DNA of 64,000 bases from Octopus sinensis (taxonomy: Eukaryota): NCBI RefSeq assembly GCF_006345805.1, contig NW_021833255.1, positions 1-64,000 on the forward strand, written 5' to 3'. Position 1 is the stretch's first letter. The number at the start of each line of letters is the position of its first letter. Under the pieces are notes generated by a model. That model searched no databases. It was not told the origin of the DNA and saw nothing but the letters and a program-made list of their open reading frames with translations. Shown here piece by piece: positions 14,173 to 27,715 of this stretch. The translations under genes were made by a program, and so were the position numbers.

Positions 14173-14550
14173 CGTAAACTATAGGCTAGTGAGTTTTCTT
14201 TTCAGAATTTCACTACAGTCGCCTAGCAAGTTTAAAATGTCAATAGACAACATATCTCAATATAAAATAGTTTACATTTAAACACAGCAGGCAGTTTTTA
14301 CACGCTACAAGAAATAGTAGATGTATATATGCACATATATATATATATTTGCATATATTTACCCTCACGCAAGCAACCTGATGAGGTCGACGACCTGTAA
14401 AAATCCGAGGTAGATCGTACAATTGATCGTAGCTAAAAATTAACAACTTAACCTAATTTTAATGTGTTGAGTAATTCTTTCAAATGTGTTGAGTAATTTT
14501 TTCAAATGATTGCCTTTCGTTAGATTTGCATTCAATGCATATGCAGCGTA

Positions 14551-14636
<86 letters not shown>

Positions 14637-14637
14637 C

Positions 14638-14671
<34 letters not shown>

Positions 14672-14682
14672 CTGTCTCTGTC

Positions 14683-14719
<37 letters not shown>

Positions 14720-14881
14720 ATATATATATATATGTAGGCGCAGGAGTGGGTGTGTGGTAAGACGCTTGCTTCCCAACCACATGGTTCCGGGTTCAGTCTC
14801 ACTGCGGGCACCTTGGGCAAGTATTTTGTACCGACCAGAATCTTATAAGTGAATTTGGTAGACGCAAACTGAAAGAAACCT

Positions 14882-14922
<41 letters not shown>

Positions 14923-15039
14923 CATATAATATGAACAGGTGTATATAGCAAGAACAATTGTAAAAGACATTATTCTTTTTCCAATAATATCAATAATAGA
15001 TAAATGTCGAAAAGAGAGCTAATGATGATATCATTGATC

Positions 15040-15450
15040 TAATATTGATTTCTTACATTGATACAGGGTCACATATTTCTAGGAATTCGGAATCGATCGA
15101 GTCTTGTCTAAAACAAGGAATAGAGATAAAAATACTCTGCGAACTTTCTTTCCCAACGTTACCAATTCATTCCACCAACATTTGTTTCTGATGTAATTAT
15201 TCTTAAAACTGCATCTTCAGTTTCTGCCACATTTTGAATATAGGGAATCACTCAACGTGGAATAGAAAATAACATTCTAAGCAGCACCACAAATATATAC
15301 TGAGCGAATATGAAATATAATCAAACGTATCAAAGAATACGAACCGTTCTGCAAACACAGTTCTCTGGGAATTTACTACCATTCTCTATTTCCACCAAAC
15401 TGAACTTTTAGAAATCAAAGAACCAAATGGAATGGAACGCAGAAATTTCA
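15040..15450 (+). promoter_or_regulatory. Non-coding block conserved upstream of SLC17 paralogs (candidate promoter/5' UTR)
   Basis: Similar sequence at 22980-23390, 37860-38290 and, inverted, 49960-50135; always co-oriented with the gene. Confidence 0.4.
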
Positions 15451-16007
15451 GAAACCAGGAGAATCCCAAATAACGTTCAACGGCGTCTTATGTAAGAATA
15501 AGGCTTCATTTTTACAAACGACAGAGAAAGAATTGAAAGTGGTGCTATTAATTCTTGTATGTATAAAGAGTTCTTGGATCTGTTTTCTCCGCAATTTGCT
15601 GTTACGACCCAACACTTTCACAGTAACCTTCATTCTTGATTGCGTTCTTGCTTTGACGTAACGTTTTCTATTTGTAAATAAAGTACGGGCTAAACGTTTA
15701 TCGACACCTTTATAGGGATTGGTAAATGATGTCCATGTTTATCGATTATACATTGTAATAATACACTTAGAAATGTGACAGCACGAATGACATCTTCGTC
15801 CTAATTTCTGAAGACCCCATCACATTCAATTAAATATTTACTTTGTAAACAAAACAAACATCTTTTATAAAATGAACTCACGTTAAACAAACGAACAAAA
15901 CAATGAAATAAAAATTCTTTAACTGCAGCAGTTGTCCTTTAATCTGCGATAAAATATTTAACATTACATCACATATCAATATTATAAGAGTCAGTGGAAA
16001 GAACATA

Positions 16008-17005
16008 ATGATGTCTAAATTTCTCAGTAATATTAAGCGCTATTATTTGTGTCGATGGAGATTATGTTATGCGTGTACAGTTGCTTTTCTTCTGATGCAA
16101 ACATTAAGAGTTGATTTAAGCATGGCCTTTGTTTGCATGCTGAAAACACCTAATCGTATAAATGAGGAATTTAATTTTACCACAGACAACAAACAGTGTT
16201 CCGGTTTAGGCGATCATTCTGTAGACCGAAGTTACGAAGGAGAATTCGAGAATTCACTATTAGTGAAGAAGAATGTTCCTATTTAAAGAAAACTATAACA
16301 AGTGAAAAGTTAGTTAAAACAATACCTTGGAAAAAATGCTTTCCTCACCTGCAGTTTGGGCGATAATCGTCGGTTTCTTGCTTATTGTTGGACAGATTTA
16401 ACATTCCAGGTGTGTTACCACTCTATACGAAGGAAGCCTTAAACATTAAAATAACATCCAATGGTTTAATGTCGTCTGCCCCTGCCATTGGTCAAATCAT
16501 TGCTTTACCGTTGTGTGGAAGATTTGCAGATTTTATACTTTCAAAGAAATATCTCTCAACTCGTATCGTTCGAGTTTTATTCCAAAGCGTTTCTCTGATT
16601 GTTTCAGCATGTCTGTTGATTGCCATCGGATTCCTCAGATGTGACCAAACCATTCTAATAAGTATTCTTTTGATTCTAAGTGGTATAACTCTATCATTTA
16701 CCAGTGGCGGTGTTCTTGTCAACAACAGAGACATTGCTCCAAATTATGCTGGTATTATATTTGGAATTGGTAACACGTTTGCCGTATTGTTTGGAAGTTT
16801 TAGTTCCTTATCTACAAAAGCTTTAACCCCAAACGGTACACAACAAGAATGGCAGATCGTGTTCGCCTTATGTGCTGCTGTATGTGTAGCTGGTGCGATA
16901 TTATATGTGATATTGGCAAGAGGAGAAATCCAAGATTGGGCAATTTCAGAAGAATCCGGATCGTCTGTCAAACCAAGAGAGACAAAAATGAATGAAAAAA
17001 TTTAA
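16008..17005 (+). pseudogene. SLC17A5-like: SLC17 sialin-like copy 2 (about 470 bp internal deletion plus 1-nt deletions)
   Basis: Near-identical to copy 3 but jumps from GAATTCGAG (16250) to CACTATTAGT, missing copy-3 bases ~24214-24683; retains the C-terminal TMs and stop at 17005. Confidence 0.92.
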
Positions 17006-17534
17006 CCTTCAAGAAGAGTGAACGTAAATTTATATACAACAAATTTAAGAATTGTACTAACCATTTCAAAATATTATCTTCAGCAGTGAATAATTCAATG
17101 ATAAACGATATTTTGTAATCACCAATAATTTAATTTTATCAATATGTCAATATATGTGTTAATATGTAATTATTATTTTGGTAAATAAGGCCATTTGTAA
17201 ATATCACACTAGTGTCATGTCGTCGATCCTATATCGGTTTCTGTATCTCAGACCATACGTTTCTCAGTTCGGCACTTTTTCGGTTGTTGCTGCGCTTCTT
17301 CGACCTACTCCTGCAATTCATTCTCCTTCCGTCACTTGAGGGGTTTACAGATTGAGCAGACACAGATACATAAACAACACACAAACACACACACACAACA
17401 CACACACACAAACACACACACACACGCACACACACACACGCACACACACACACGCACACACACGCTTATATATTACAAATATTAGGTGTATACACACATA
17501 CATAAATTCCGCAAATTTATCATAAACTTTTCCT

Positions 17535-18060
17535 CGTTCTCGACACAATCAAAGGGATCTACTGCAACTGAAACCCGAGTGTCTTTTTGGTCAGCTAAAA
17601 GCAGTTTTTGAACAAACTTGGCAGACTCGCGTCTCATAGCTAAACCTTCACTGAACACCTGAGATGTTTTCTCAGTTCTGCTGGTTACGGTTCTCCCAGA
17701 ACGTTCGTCACCATTGACATCTTTTTCGACCATCTTGGAAACGTCTGAGCCACTCCTATATTTGTGTGCGGCTTATACACTCCTCTCCATATACTTTCTG
17801 CAACTTTGCGTTGGCCTCTGAGCAGGTATCACCATGACAACTTTCTCTGCCATGGTCAATACGACGATCACACGCTACACACCTTCCTTCCAAGCACTGC
17901 TGTAAACAGCAGAGACAAGCTAGAACATTAAAACTTAGTGCACATGCACAGCAAAGTTCACGGTCAACTTCTGCCAAGTGGCTTTACTCTGCGTGCTTTA
18001 GCGTCGTTACTATGGCAACATTCCTGATACTTATTGATCTTTATTTTAGATGACACCTTT
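17535..18060 (-). mobile_element. Mariner transposase N-terminal remnant
   Basis: KVYGEECISRTQI, DVNGDERSGRTVTSRTE, GLAMRRESAKFVQKLL are mariner HTH-region motifs; frameshifted. Confidence 0.8.
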
Positions 18061-18624
18061 AAAATCCAAGTTGTCTCAATTGCATTAATATATACATACA
18101 TACATATATATCCACACGCGCACACATATGCGCACACACATGCACACACAGACAATATTATTAAAATTAATTATAATACGTAGGAAAATTTATGTCAACA
18201 CAACATTTTCTAGATAATCCATATTGGTGAAATTTTAACTGAACATCTGAAAAAAATTTTAGCCGTTAAAAATAGTAACAAAAAGAAACGCGAAACCAAA
18301 TTTAAGTTTCGACGTCCATTCATTGAATCACGAGCAACGTTATTGAATAATTAATTTAGTTTATAAAAAAGAAGAAAAATACTATAGAAACCCCTAGGTT
18401 TTGGCAATTTGAAATCTACGTAAAAATAAAAATAAACAGCCTAACAGAGAAAGCGTGATGATTTTAAGTATACTTCACAATGTAAGGGCTGTATTAAGAG
18501 GTGCCCATTGCGAGCTAAATCGGAGGATAAGAGAAATTATAGAAGGAAAACAGCTAGGGAGTCAATACAAATTCCGAAACAAAGTTTAAAGCACACAACA
18601 AAATAAATAAATATACATATAAAT

Positions 18625-18965
18625 TGATATAAACTTAGATAAACTTAGATATGTTTCAACCAAAGATTGGTCCAGGCCATGTCTAACTTAATAGCACCAC
18701 CTGATTGGATTATCTGAATCCTGTTTAAGTCAAGTTTTGTTTATGGTCCATTCAAGTAGTGAGTTTTTGTTGGGTGAGTTGTATCCAGTTATGGGTGGCT
18801 TATCAGGTATTCCTTGAAGGAATCTATCTAGACTCCGTTTAAAGTTGATGGGATCCTTTTCCTCTTTGATCTCTGTATAAATAAGTGAATAAAGCTACAT
18901 GTAAAAGTTATGTTTCAAAACTATGCATCTTGTACGTTGGGTTCAGGTACCCCATGGAGAGGTGA
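18625..18965 (-). mobile_element. CR1 LINE 3' fragment
   Basis: Reverse complement matches the 37300-37521 tail (TTAAGTTAGACATGGCCTGG...CTAAGTTT). Confidence 0.8.
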
Positions 18966-19235
18966 TAAACATTGAGACAAAAATCCAAGGGTGTATGTTT
19001 TAAATTCTGCTTTGGAATTTATATTGATTGCCTTGATTGCCTTCTATAATTTCTCTTTTATATATATATTTCTTCCTCCGTCTTTCTTTCTCTTGGACTT
19101 TCCTCTATTTCTGAAGAAGAGCTTTTTTGTATCACACATCTGTCTGGATGTTTGCGTTGAGCAGCTGATTATGTATGTATGTATGTATGTATGTATGTAT
19201 GTATGTATGTATGTATGTATGTGTCTCTCTGCCTG

Positions 19236-19343
<108 letters not shown>

Positions 19344-19610
19344 CTTACCTATCTGTCTGCCAGTCTGTCTGTTTGTCTCACCACCCACCCTATTGTCCTT
19401 ATGTGGGTTTATATATCACGATAGAAACTTGTCAAAGAACGTATCAAAAAGGATTCTTATACACGGCCATGACGATGCATACCTATCATGGGAGGGAGCC
19501 CTAATTTAAAAGGAAGGCTTCAGGTAAGAAAAATTACATTCCCATATTTACATACATAATAATAATAATAATACTAGCTTATATATAATATATATATATA
19601 TATATATAAT

Positions 19611-19672
<62 letters not shown>

Positions 19673-19708
19673 GTACACACACGCACACACAACACACACA
19701 CCACACAC

Positions 19709-19754
<46 letters not shown>

Positions 19755-19756
<2 letters not shown>

Positions 19757-20322
19757 GCAGTGGCTCTCATGGCTTCTGATCTTAACTGACTGGAAGTGTT
19801 GATGTACATTGTTTTGTCTTGGTATAAAAGATGGGCTACAGCAAATATTCTGCTCAATACCACAGATTTGCTTGTCAGTTGTTTGACCGTAACCAGTTGA
19901 GCATGTCCCTTAGTGGCTGACGATATGTGCATCTCTGATCACGAGCAGAAGTAGTGGGGGAGCATCATAGCCATGTGTTGAGAAGGATTCGTTGGGGTTT
20001 GAATAATCACCTCTGGAAACATGGGTATTTCGTTCAACGTCCTTAAACAACCCTTATTCAGGGACCATTTGAGCAGGATGGGTTACTCGATCTGAAGAAA
20101 ATTCTAACTGCTCCACCTGCAAGGTCATGTGCTGTTTCTTGATATGAGATCACCATGCCGCGCACATATGGTTGTGATGCATGTGCCTGGTGTACCTTTA
20201 TCAGACGGGTAGTCATGATGGGTATACTGGGCTTCGTATATTTTCCCCAGTGTCACTTTGATGGCATGCTCTACTCGCTCACTCAACATAATAATAATAA
20301 TAATATAATAATAATAAATAAT

Positions 20323-20388
<66 letters not shown>

Positions 20389-20392
20389 AATA

Positions 20393-20471
<79 letters not shown>

Positions 20472-20500
20472 TAAAATATAATGATAATGATAATATAATA
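19755..20500 (+). mobile_element. Repeat insertion private to duplicate B, ending in an (AAT)n tail
   Basis: Absent from unit A; retroposon-like 3' end followed by long (AAT)n. Confidence 0.55.
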
Positions 20501-20818
20501 ATAATGGCGGTTACAATACCAGTGATCGTAGGAGCACTAGGAATGATCAAGAAGGGAACCGAAAATTATATGAGAATGATCCCTGGCTTACCATCCCTGC
20601 GAGAAGTGCAAAAGATTGTCTTAACTGGTACATCACACGTATTGAGAAGAGCATTGTCGATGTGAGACTGTTGCTGCTCATGTATTTTAATTAACTTAAA
20701 AAAAAAAAAAAATGAACGAACTATTGAGTTTGGTTTAATGGCCTACTATGAGTTCTTTTGCCTAGGAGTCGGAAGAGACTCGGCAAGAAATGGAAGCAAA
20801 TTTGAAAGAAGAAAAAAA

Positions 20819-20870
<52 letters not shown>

Positions 20871-21340
20871 TGTATACGAATCTCAATCTATGTATCCATG
20901 CATCACTTTGATTCCTTGATTCCACTTATTGCCACAAAGTTACCCCGAAGAATTAGTCCCTCGTCAAGACATCGGGTCTAAGTTCACTACAGAGTGTTTT
21001 CTATACCAACAATTTCTAGACATCATCTGTTGACTTATGGGTGTAAACTTATTTACACATACATATGCGTGCATGTGTGTATGTGCTTATATGTGTGTGT
21101 GTATATGGGTGTGTATGTGGGTGGGCGTATACATATTACTACACGCTAAAAATATATGAATAGTCGTTGTAGAAGAGGCCCCAACAGTTTAGTGGTTAGT
21201 ACAACTTTCATATGAACACGTCCATCACACGGTATGTACATTACTTTTGATTAAGCGTAAAAATCTTTTGGTTATACAATTTTTCAATGAATATTTGTTT
21301 CAGGCGATTATATTGCTACATACATTCAAACCTAAATACA

Positions 21341-21474
21341 TACATATATATTCATAAATTTATATAAGTATATATATATATATATATATTCATAAATTTA
21401 TATAAGTATATATATATATATTCATAAATTTATATAAGTATATATATATGTTCATAATTTATATAAGTATATAT

Positions 21475-21520
<46 letters not shown>

Positions 21521-21640
21521 TCATAAATTTATATAAGTATATATATATATATTCATAAATTTATATAAGTATATATACATGTTCATAAATTTATATAAGT
21601 ATATATATATATATTCATAAATTTATATAAGTATATATAT
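21341..21640. repeat. Minisatellite (TA)n-TTCATAAATTTATATAAG, about 8 copies
   Basis: Only 2 copies at the paralogous site 13610-13680. Confidence 0.85.
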
Positions 21641-22053
21641 ATATATATACATATAGTACAAAGTAAGATAGGGGTTATGAAAGTAACCCACTATGGGATA
21701 TCAGTTATCCAATATACTGCTGGTGAAGTACCCAAATACTAAATACATAAATGCTTATAATTGCAATGCAATTAATTCATTTATTTTATTGAATGGGTGA
21801 AGGTAAAAAATATTTTACCGTAAATTCATAATACAAATAAGAAAATGGAGGAACAAATTCATTTCGATCATCAACTTACGGATATTACGGATATTACAAT
21901 TTCACATCATTTATTAATTATACAAATGGGAACACGAATTTCGAACAAAATAATATACATCAATATGTAAAATAAAAATTTAAAAAAAAATAATGCAAAT
22001 AAACTGCTCCTTACAGCTATATATTCATAAATTTATATAAGTATAAATATATA

Positions 22054-22111
<58 letters not shown>

Positions 22112-22494
22112 TACGTAAAATATAGGCTAGTGTGTTTTCTTTTTAGAAATTTCACTACAGTCGCCTAGCAAGTTTAAAATGTCAATAGACAACATATTCT
22201 CAATATAAAATAGTTTACATTTAAACATAAGAGAAAACCACCGCCAGCAGACAGTTTTTACACGCTACAAGAAATAGTAGATGTATATATGCACATATAT
22301 ATATATATATTTGCATATATTTACCCTCAAGCCAGCAACCTGATGAGGTCGACGACCTGTAAAAATCCGAGGTAGATCGTACAATTGATCGTAGCTAAAA
22401 ATTAACAACTTAACCTATTTTTAATGTGTTGAGTACTTCTTCAATTTTAAATTGATTGCCTTTCGATAGATTTGCATTCAATGCATATGCAGCG

Positions 22495-22592
<98 letters not shown>

Positions 22593-22813
22593 CTCTATCT
22601 CTGTCTCTGTCTGTCTGTCTGTGTCTGTCTGTCTGTCTCTCTCTCTATATATATATGTAGGCGCAGGAGTGGGTGTGTGGTAAGACGCTTGCTTCCCAAC
22701 CACATGGTTCCGGGTTCAGTCTCACTGCGGGCACCTTGGGCAAGTATTTTGTACCGACCAGAATCTTATAAGTGAATTTGGTAGACGCAAACTGAAAGAA
22801 ACATTCACTATAT

Positions 22814-22861
<48 letters not shown>

Positions 22862-23970
22862 TTTCATATAAAATGAACAAGTTATATAGCAAGAACAATT
22901 GTAAAAGACATTATTCTTTTTCCAATAATATCAATAATAGATAAATGTCGAAAAGAGAGCTAATGATGATATCATTGATCTAATATTGATTTCTTACATT
23001 GATACAGGGTCACATATTTCTAGGAATTCGGAATCGATCGAGTCTTGTCTAAAACAAGGAATAGAGATAAAAATACTCTGCGAACTTTCTTTCCCAACGT
23101 TACCAATTCATTCCACCAACATTGTTTCTGATGTAATTATTCTTAAAACTGCATCTTCAGTTTCTGCCACATTTTGAATATAGGGAATCACTCAACGTGG
23201 AATAGAAAATAGCATTCTAAGCAGCACCACAAATATATACTGAGCGAATATGAAATATAATCAAACGTATCAAAGAATACGAACCGTTCTGCAAACACAG
23301 TTCTCTGGGAATTTACTACCATTCTCTATTTCCACCAAACTGAACTTTTAGAAATCAAAGAACCAATGGAATGGAACGCAGAAATTTCAGAAACCAGGAG
23401 AATCCCAATAACGTTCAACGGCGTCTTATGTAAGAATAAGGCTTCATTTTTACAAACGACAGAGAAAGAATTGAAAGTGGTGCTATTAATTCTTGTATGT
23501 ATAAAGAGTTCTTGGATCTGTTTTCTCCGCAATTTGCTGTTACGACCCAACACTTTCACAGTAACCTTCATTCTTGATTGCGTTCTTGCTTTGACGTAAC
23601 GTTTTCTATTTGTAAATAAAGTACGGGCTAAACATGTTACCAAATGATCATTACTGACGTTTATCGACACCTTTATAGTGATTGGTAAATGACGTCCATG
23701 TTTATCGATTATACATTGTAATAATACACTTAGAAATGTGACAGCACGAATGACATCTTCGTCCTAATTTCTGAAGACCCCATCACATTCAATTAAATAT
23801 TTACTTTGTAAACAAAACAAACATCTTTTATAAAATGAACTCACGTTAAACAGTTGAACAAAACAATGAAATAAAAATTCTTTAACTGCAGCAGTTGTCC
23901 TTTAATCTGCGATAAAATATTTAACATTACATCACATATCAATATTATAAGAGTCAGTGGAAATAACATA

Positions 23971-25170
23971 ATGATGTCTAAATTTCTCAGTAATATTAAG
24001 CGCTATTATTTGTGTCGATGGAGATTATGTTATGCGTGTACAGTTGCTTTTCTTCTGATGCAAACATTAAGAGTTGATTTAAGCATGGCCTTTGTTTGCA
24101 TGCTGAAAACACCTAATCGTATAAATGAGGAATTTAATTTTACCACAGACAACAAACAGTGTTCCGGTTTAGGCGATCATTCTGTAGACCGAAGTTACGA
24201 AGGAGAATTCGAGTGGAACGACTCCTTACAAGCCAACATGTTGGCAGGTTACTTCTATGGGTATATGGCAACAAATATTTTGGGTGGACTTTTAGCAGAC
24301 AAATATGGTGGAAAAAAAGTCCTAGGAATTTCGCTTTTATCAAAATCAATTTTAACCATTCTTCATCCAAGTTTATCTGGAGTTAGTGCTTATTTTACAC
24401 TTGCTCTAAGAATATTAACCGGTTTACTATCAGGGCCAGTGCCCCCTGCAATTCAATCATTATTTGAACGTTGGGGCCCTTCACAGGAGATAGGTTTATT
24501 GGTTGGTTCCGCATTTGCAGGTCAAATTCTAGGTAGTATTGTAGGTCTTTCATCTTCTGGTCTTCTTTGTGTTTATTGCTTTGATAATGGATGGGGTTCT
24601 ATATTCTATGTATTCGGTGGAATATCGTTGGTGTTTAGTTGTGTGTGGTTTTATGTGGTTTATGACAGCCCAGACGTCCATCCCACTATTAGTGAAGAAG
24701 AACGTTCCTATTTAAAGAAAACTATAACAAGTGAAAAGTTAGTTAAAACAATACCTTGGAAAGAAATGCTTTCCTCACCTGCAGTTTGGGCGATAATCGT
24801 CGGTTTCTTTGCTTATTGTTGGACAGATTTAACATTCCAGGTGTTGTTACCACTCTATACGAAGGAAGCCTTAAACATTAAAACAACATCCAATGGTTTA
24901 ATGTCGTCTGCCCCTGCCATTGGTCAAATCATTGCTTTACCGTTGTGTGGAAGATTTGCAGATTTTATACTTTCAAAGAAATATCTCTCAAATCGTATCG
25001 TTCGAGTTTTATTCCAAAGCGTTTCTCTGATTGTTTCAGCATGTCTGTTGATTGCCATCGGATTCCTCAGATGTGACCAAACCATTCTAATAAGTATTCT
25101 TTTGATTCTAAGTGGTATAACTCTATCATTTACCAGTGGTGGTGTTCTTGTCAACAACAGAGACATTGCT
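23971..25170 (+). pseudogene. SLC17A5-like: SLC17 sialin-like copy 3 (3'-truncated after NNRDIA; last two TMs missing)
   Basis: Open from 23971; identity with copy 2 ends at 25170; the frame reads into unrelated inserted sequence and stops at 25221. Confidence 0.88.
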
Positions 25171-26154
25171 GTTCTTATTTTAGTGCCGTTTGTCGGAAAT
25201 CTTTCGTCACATATCCTTTGATTTTTCAACGACTTTGCCATCCCAGGACAGAAGAAGACACGTAGGATGGACTGAACAGGACAGCAGGAGGATACGTGGG
25301 ATACAGAGTCGCTGAAGAGGTCACAAGGTTTGTGACGAAAGATTCAGAATAAGAGCAATAATAAATTTGAAATGAGGAACGAATATATAGTGCGTGTGTT
25401 TATATGGTTACATCCCGCCAATAAAAATGGCCGTCCTAAAATATAACAATGCCTATTTCAACACACGATTCCACATGTAAAATCATATATGTATTTATGT
25501 GTTTGCTAACTCCACAAAGTTTGCATCGGTTGTCACATTTTGCTGCTTTTCCTGCAATGCTGTCTCTTTTGTGCATCAGGTATTTGACTCTTAAAAGTGA
25601 GAGTTACTAACCTGTGGTTGGTACATGATAGATTGCTTTGATGAACGATGTTACTATTCTCTCGGAGCTTTCTTTTAACATATCCATGCATGCATATATG
25701 TATATATGTATGTATGTATGCATTGATAGCAATTTCGGAATGTGATGTCATTTTTGTTATGTTCGCCGCCATGGAAAAGTACATAAGACTGGCTGAATCT
25801 AGGTAATATGAGATATCAAAAATATTTGATATTTTCTGTATGTTTTGGGGCCTACTACTTTCAACAATCGTACTCTCGATGCATGACTGATTAACATATG
25901 ACTATTCTTTTCGTTGTCTGACTAATGTTCTTGAGTGTTATTTAGAGCATATAGAAAAGTCTGATGGAAATAATATAATCTGAGAAATTGTATCCTGAGT
26001 GACATTATATATAAATGTAAGAATGTGAAATAAAGTATCAGAATTTTTGACTCCGTTGTTTCATTTTTACTCTAACTTGAGAGTTAAACACATTTTGTAA
26101 CACTTAAAAATACAAGCAACTGATTTTAATGACTTCCAAATAACATGAGCACTT

Positions 26155-26466
26155 TTGTTTTTTTTTGTTTGTTCCTTCTCGAGCCATGCCTGGCTCATAA
26201 GGGCCGGTTTCCAGGTTTCCTTGGCGTATAGGTTCCCCACCTGGACGGGACGCCGGTCCGTCACAGGTGAGCTCCAAGATGCAGGAGGAAAGAGTGAGAG
26301 AAAGTTGTGGCGAAAGAGTCAGCAGAAGTTCGCCATACCTTCTGCCGGAGCCGCGTGGAGCTTTGGTGTTTCACTCATAAACACACACATCGTCCGGTCT
26401 GAGATTCGAACCCGCGATCCCTCGACCGCGAGTCCGCTGCTCTAACCACTAGGTCACGTGCCTCCA
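26155..26466 (-). mobile_element. tRNA-derived SINE sharing head and core with family C but a different 3' tail
   Basis: Shared GCAGCGGACTCGCGGTCG head and CCACAACTTTCTCTCACTC core. Confidence 0.8.
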
Positions 26467-26728
26467 CAATATGAACCTTTGATCATTGTTGATCATTGTT
26501 AACAGTTGAACATGTGTTCATCTGCAAGCGATTATTTATAAAAAAGGACAGCATCGCCGAATTCTTCCAGTCATATCAGTTGCAGAAATGTGGAGGTGTA
26601 TACTTTATGAAATAATATCACACGACGGGAAAATATTGCATTGTCACACAGTAAATTTATTTTGCTGTGTAATATGAGATACAAATTCTGTTTTATATAC
26701 ACAGAATTATATTTATTTCTTACCGCAT

Positions 26729-26789
26729 TTATCACTGACGAGGAGAAAATTCTTATGAATTAACTCTGAAATTGGGACCGATACGATAA
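26729..26789 (+). ncRNA. Hammerhead ribozyme motif (near intact)
   Basis: Stem I UUAUCA/CGAUAA with one mismatch; CUGACGA 26735-26741; stem II GGAG/CUCU plus AAUUC/GAAUU; GAAAUUGGGACCG-AUA. Confidence 0.7.
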
Positions 26790-27374
26790 TAACGGAATTT
26801 GTTTTAGAAATTTCTGTCGGCTTACTTCGAGACGCGTGCTTATAGTGATAAATTATATGGTTATTGTCGATTTGTCTATTTTCGGCAAATTTTGGCATTA
26901 GAATTTTTTTCTTTTCCCCTTGTTTATAAGTTATATATATATATATACGTGTGTACGTGTGTTTATATGTATAAAAATGTAAAAACAACGAATGACTATG
27001 GGATTGCACCCAGGAAGTTCCACTCTAGAAGACCAGCTGTCGCCCATGCATACCATGTTGCCTAAGGGAAAAGAAAAAGCCGATACAGCATGGTATCAAT
27101 GACGCCTAAACTCATTTTGTACAAGTAAGTCAATTTAAGCTACGTGGAATAAAGTATTTTGCTCAAGAACACACAGCCTAGTCCGGGAATCGAAATCATA
27201 ACCTCACAACTGGAAGCCGAATGCTCTAGCCACTAAGCCAAGCGACTTCATATTGCATGTATTTATATGTTTATGAATATAAATTCTTCCTAAAAAATGT
27301 CTGACTTTATCTCTTTGCTATATTTTCATTTCTTCTAAATCAACCCCCTTAATCTTAACATCTTACTCTTTCCC

Positions 27375-27715
27375 GCCTTCAGGAAAATGCTGGAAGGAAC
27401 TGTATCAAACTTTGTCATTGAAAGTTACACAGACACCAGAAGAGTGTGCATTGTGCCCAAAACCTCAACATTGTCATCAGGATGCAGGCCAGATACTACA
27501 ACAACTTGAAGAGCTCAGCACTTCAACATTCTCTCCCCAAAAGCCTGAGAGACGTACGTGAGGTGGATGTAGGTGACTTTAAAAGAGAACCGTATCTTTT
27601 TCCCTCAAGAGTTTCGGATAAATCTACCTCACGGCAGGAAACGCAGATGATGACAGCAACATCGAATTCCTTCATTCACTGAATACCACCTATCGGAGGA
27701 AATAAATTTCTCAGG
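27375..27715 (+). mobile_element. CR1-like LINE 3' fragment (different subfamily)
   Basis: Translates to LPKSLRDVREVDVGDFKRE...ATSNS, a CR1-type RT C-terminus. Confidence 0.6.

Noticed and set aside
14378-14425. CTGATGA-GGTC-GAC-GACC (also ~22340) as a hammerhead
   Set aside because: Core and stem II are present but GAAA and stem I pairing are missing; at best a remnant.
15171-15230. Minus-strand CUGAAGA...GAAAC-AAAU-GUU
   Set aside because: Stem II is out of register and stem I does not pair; chance match in gene-upstream DNA.
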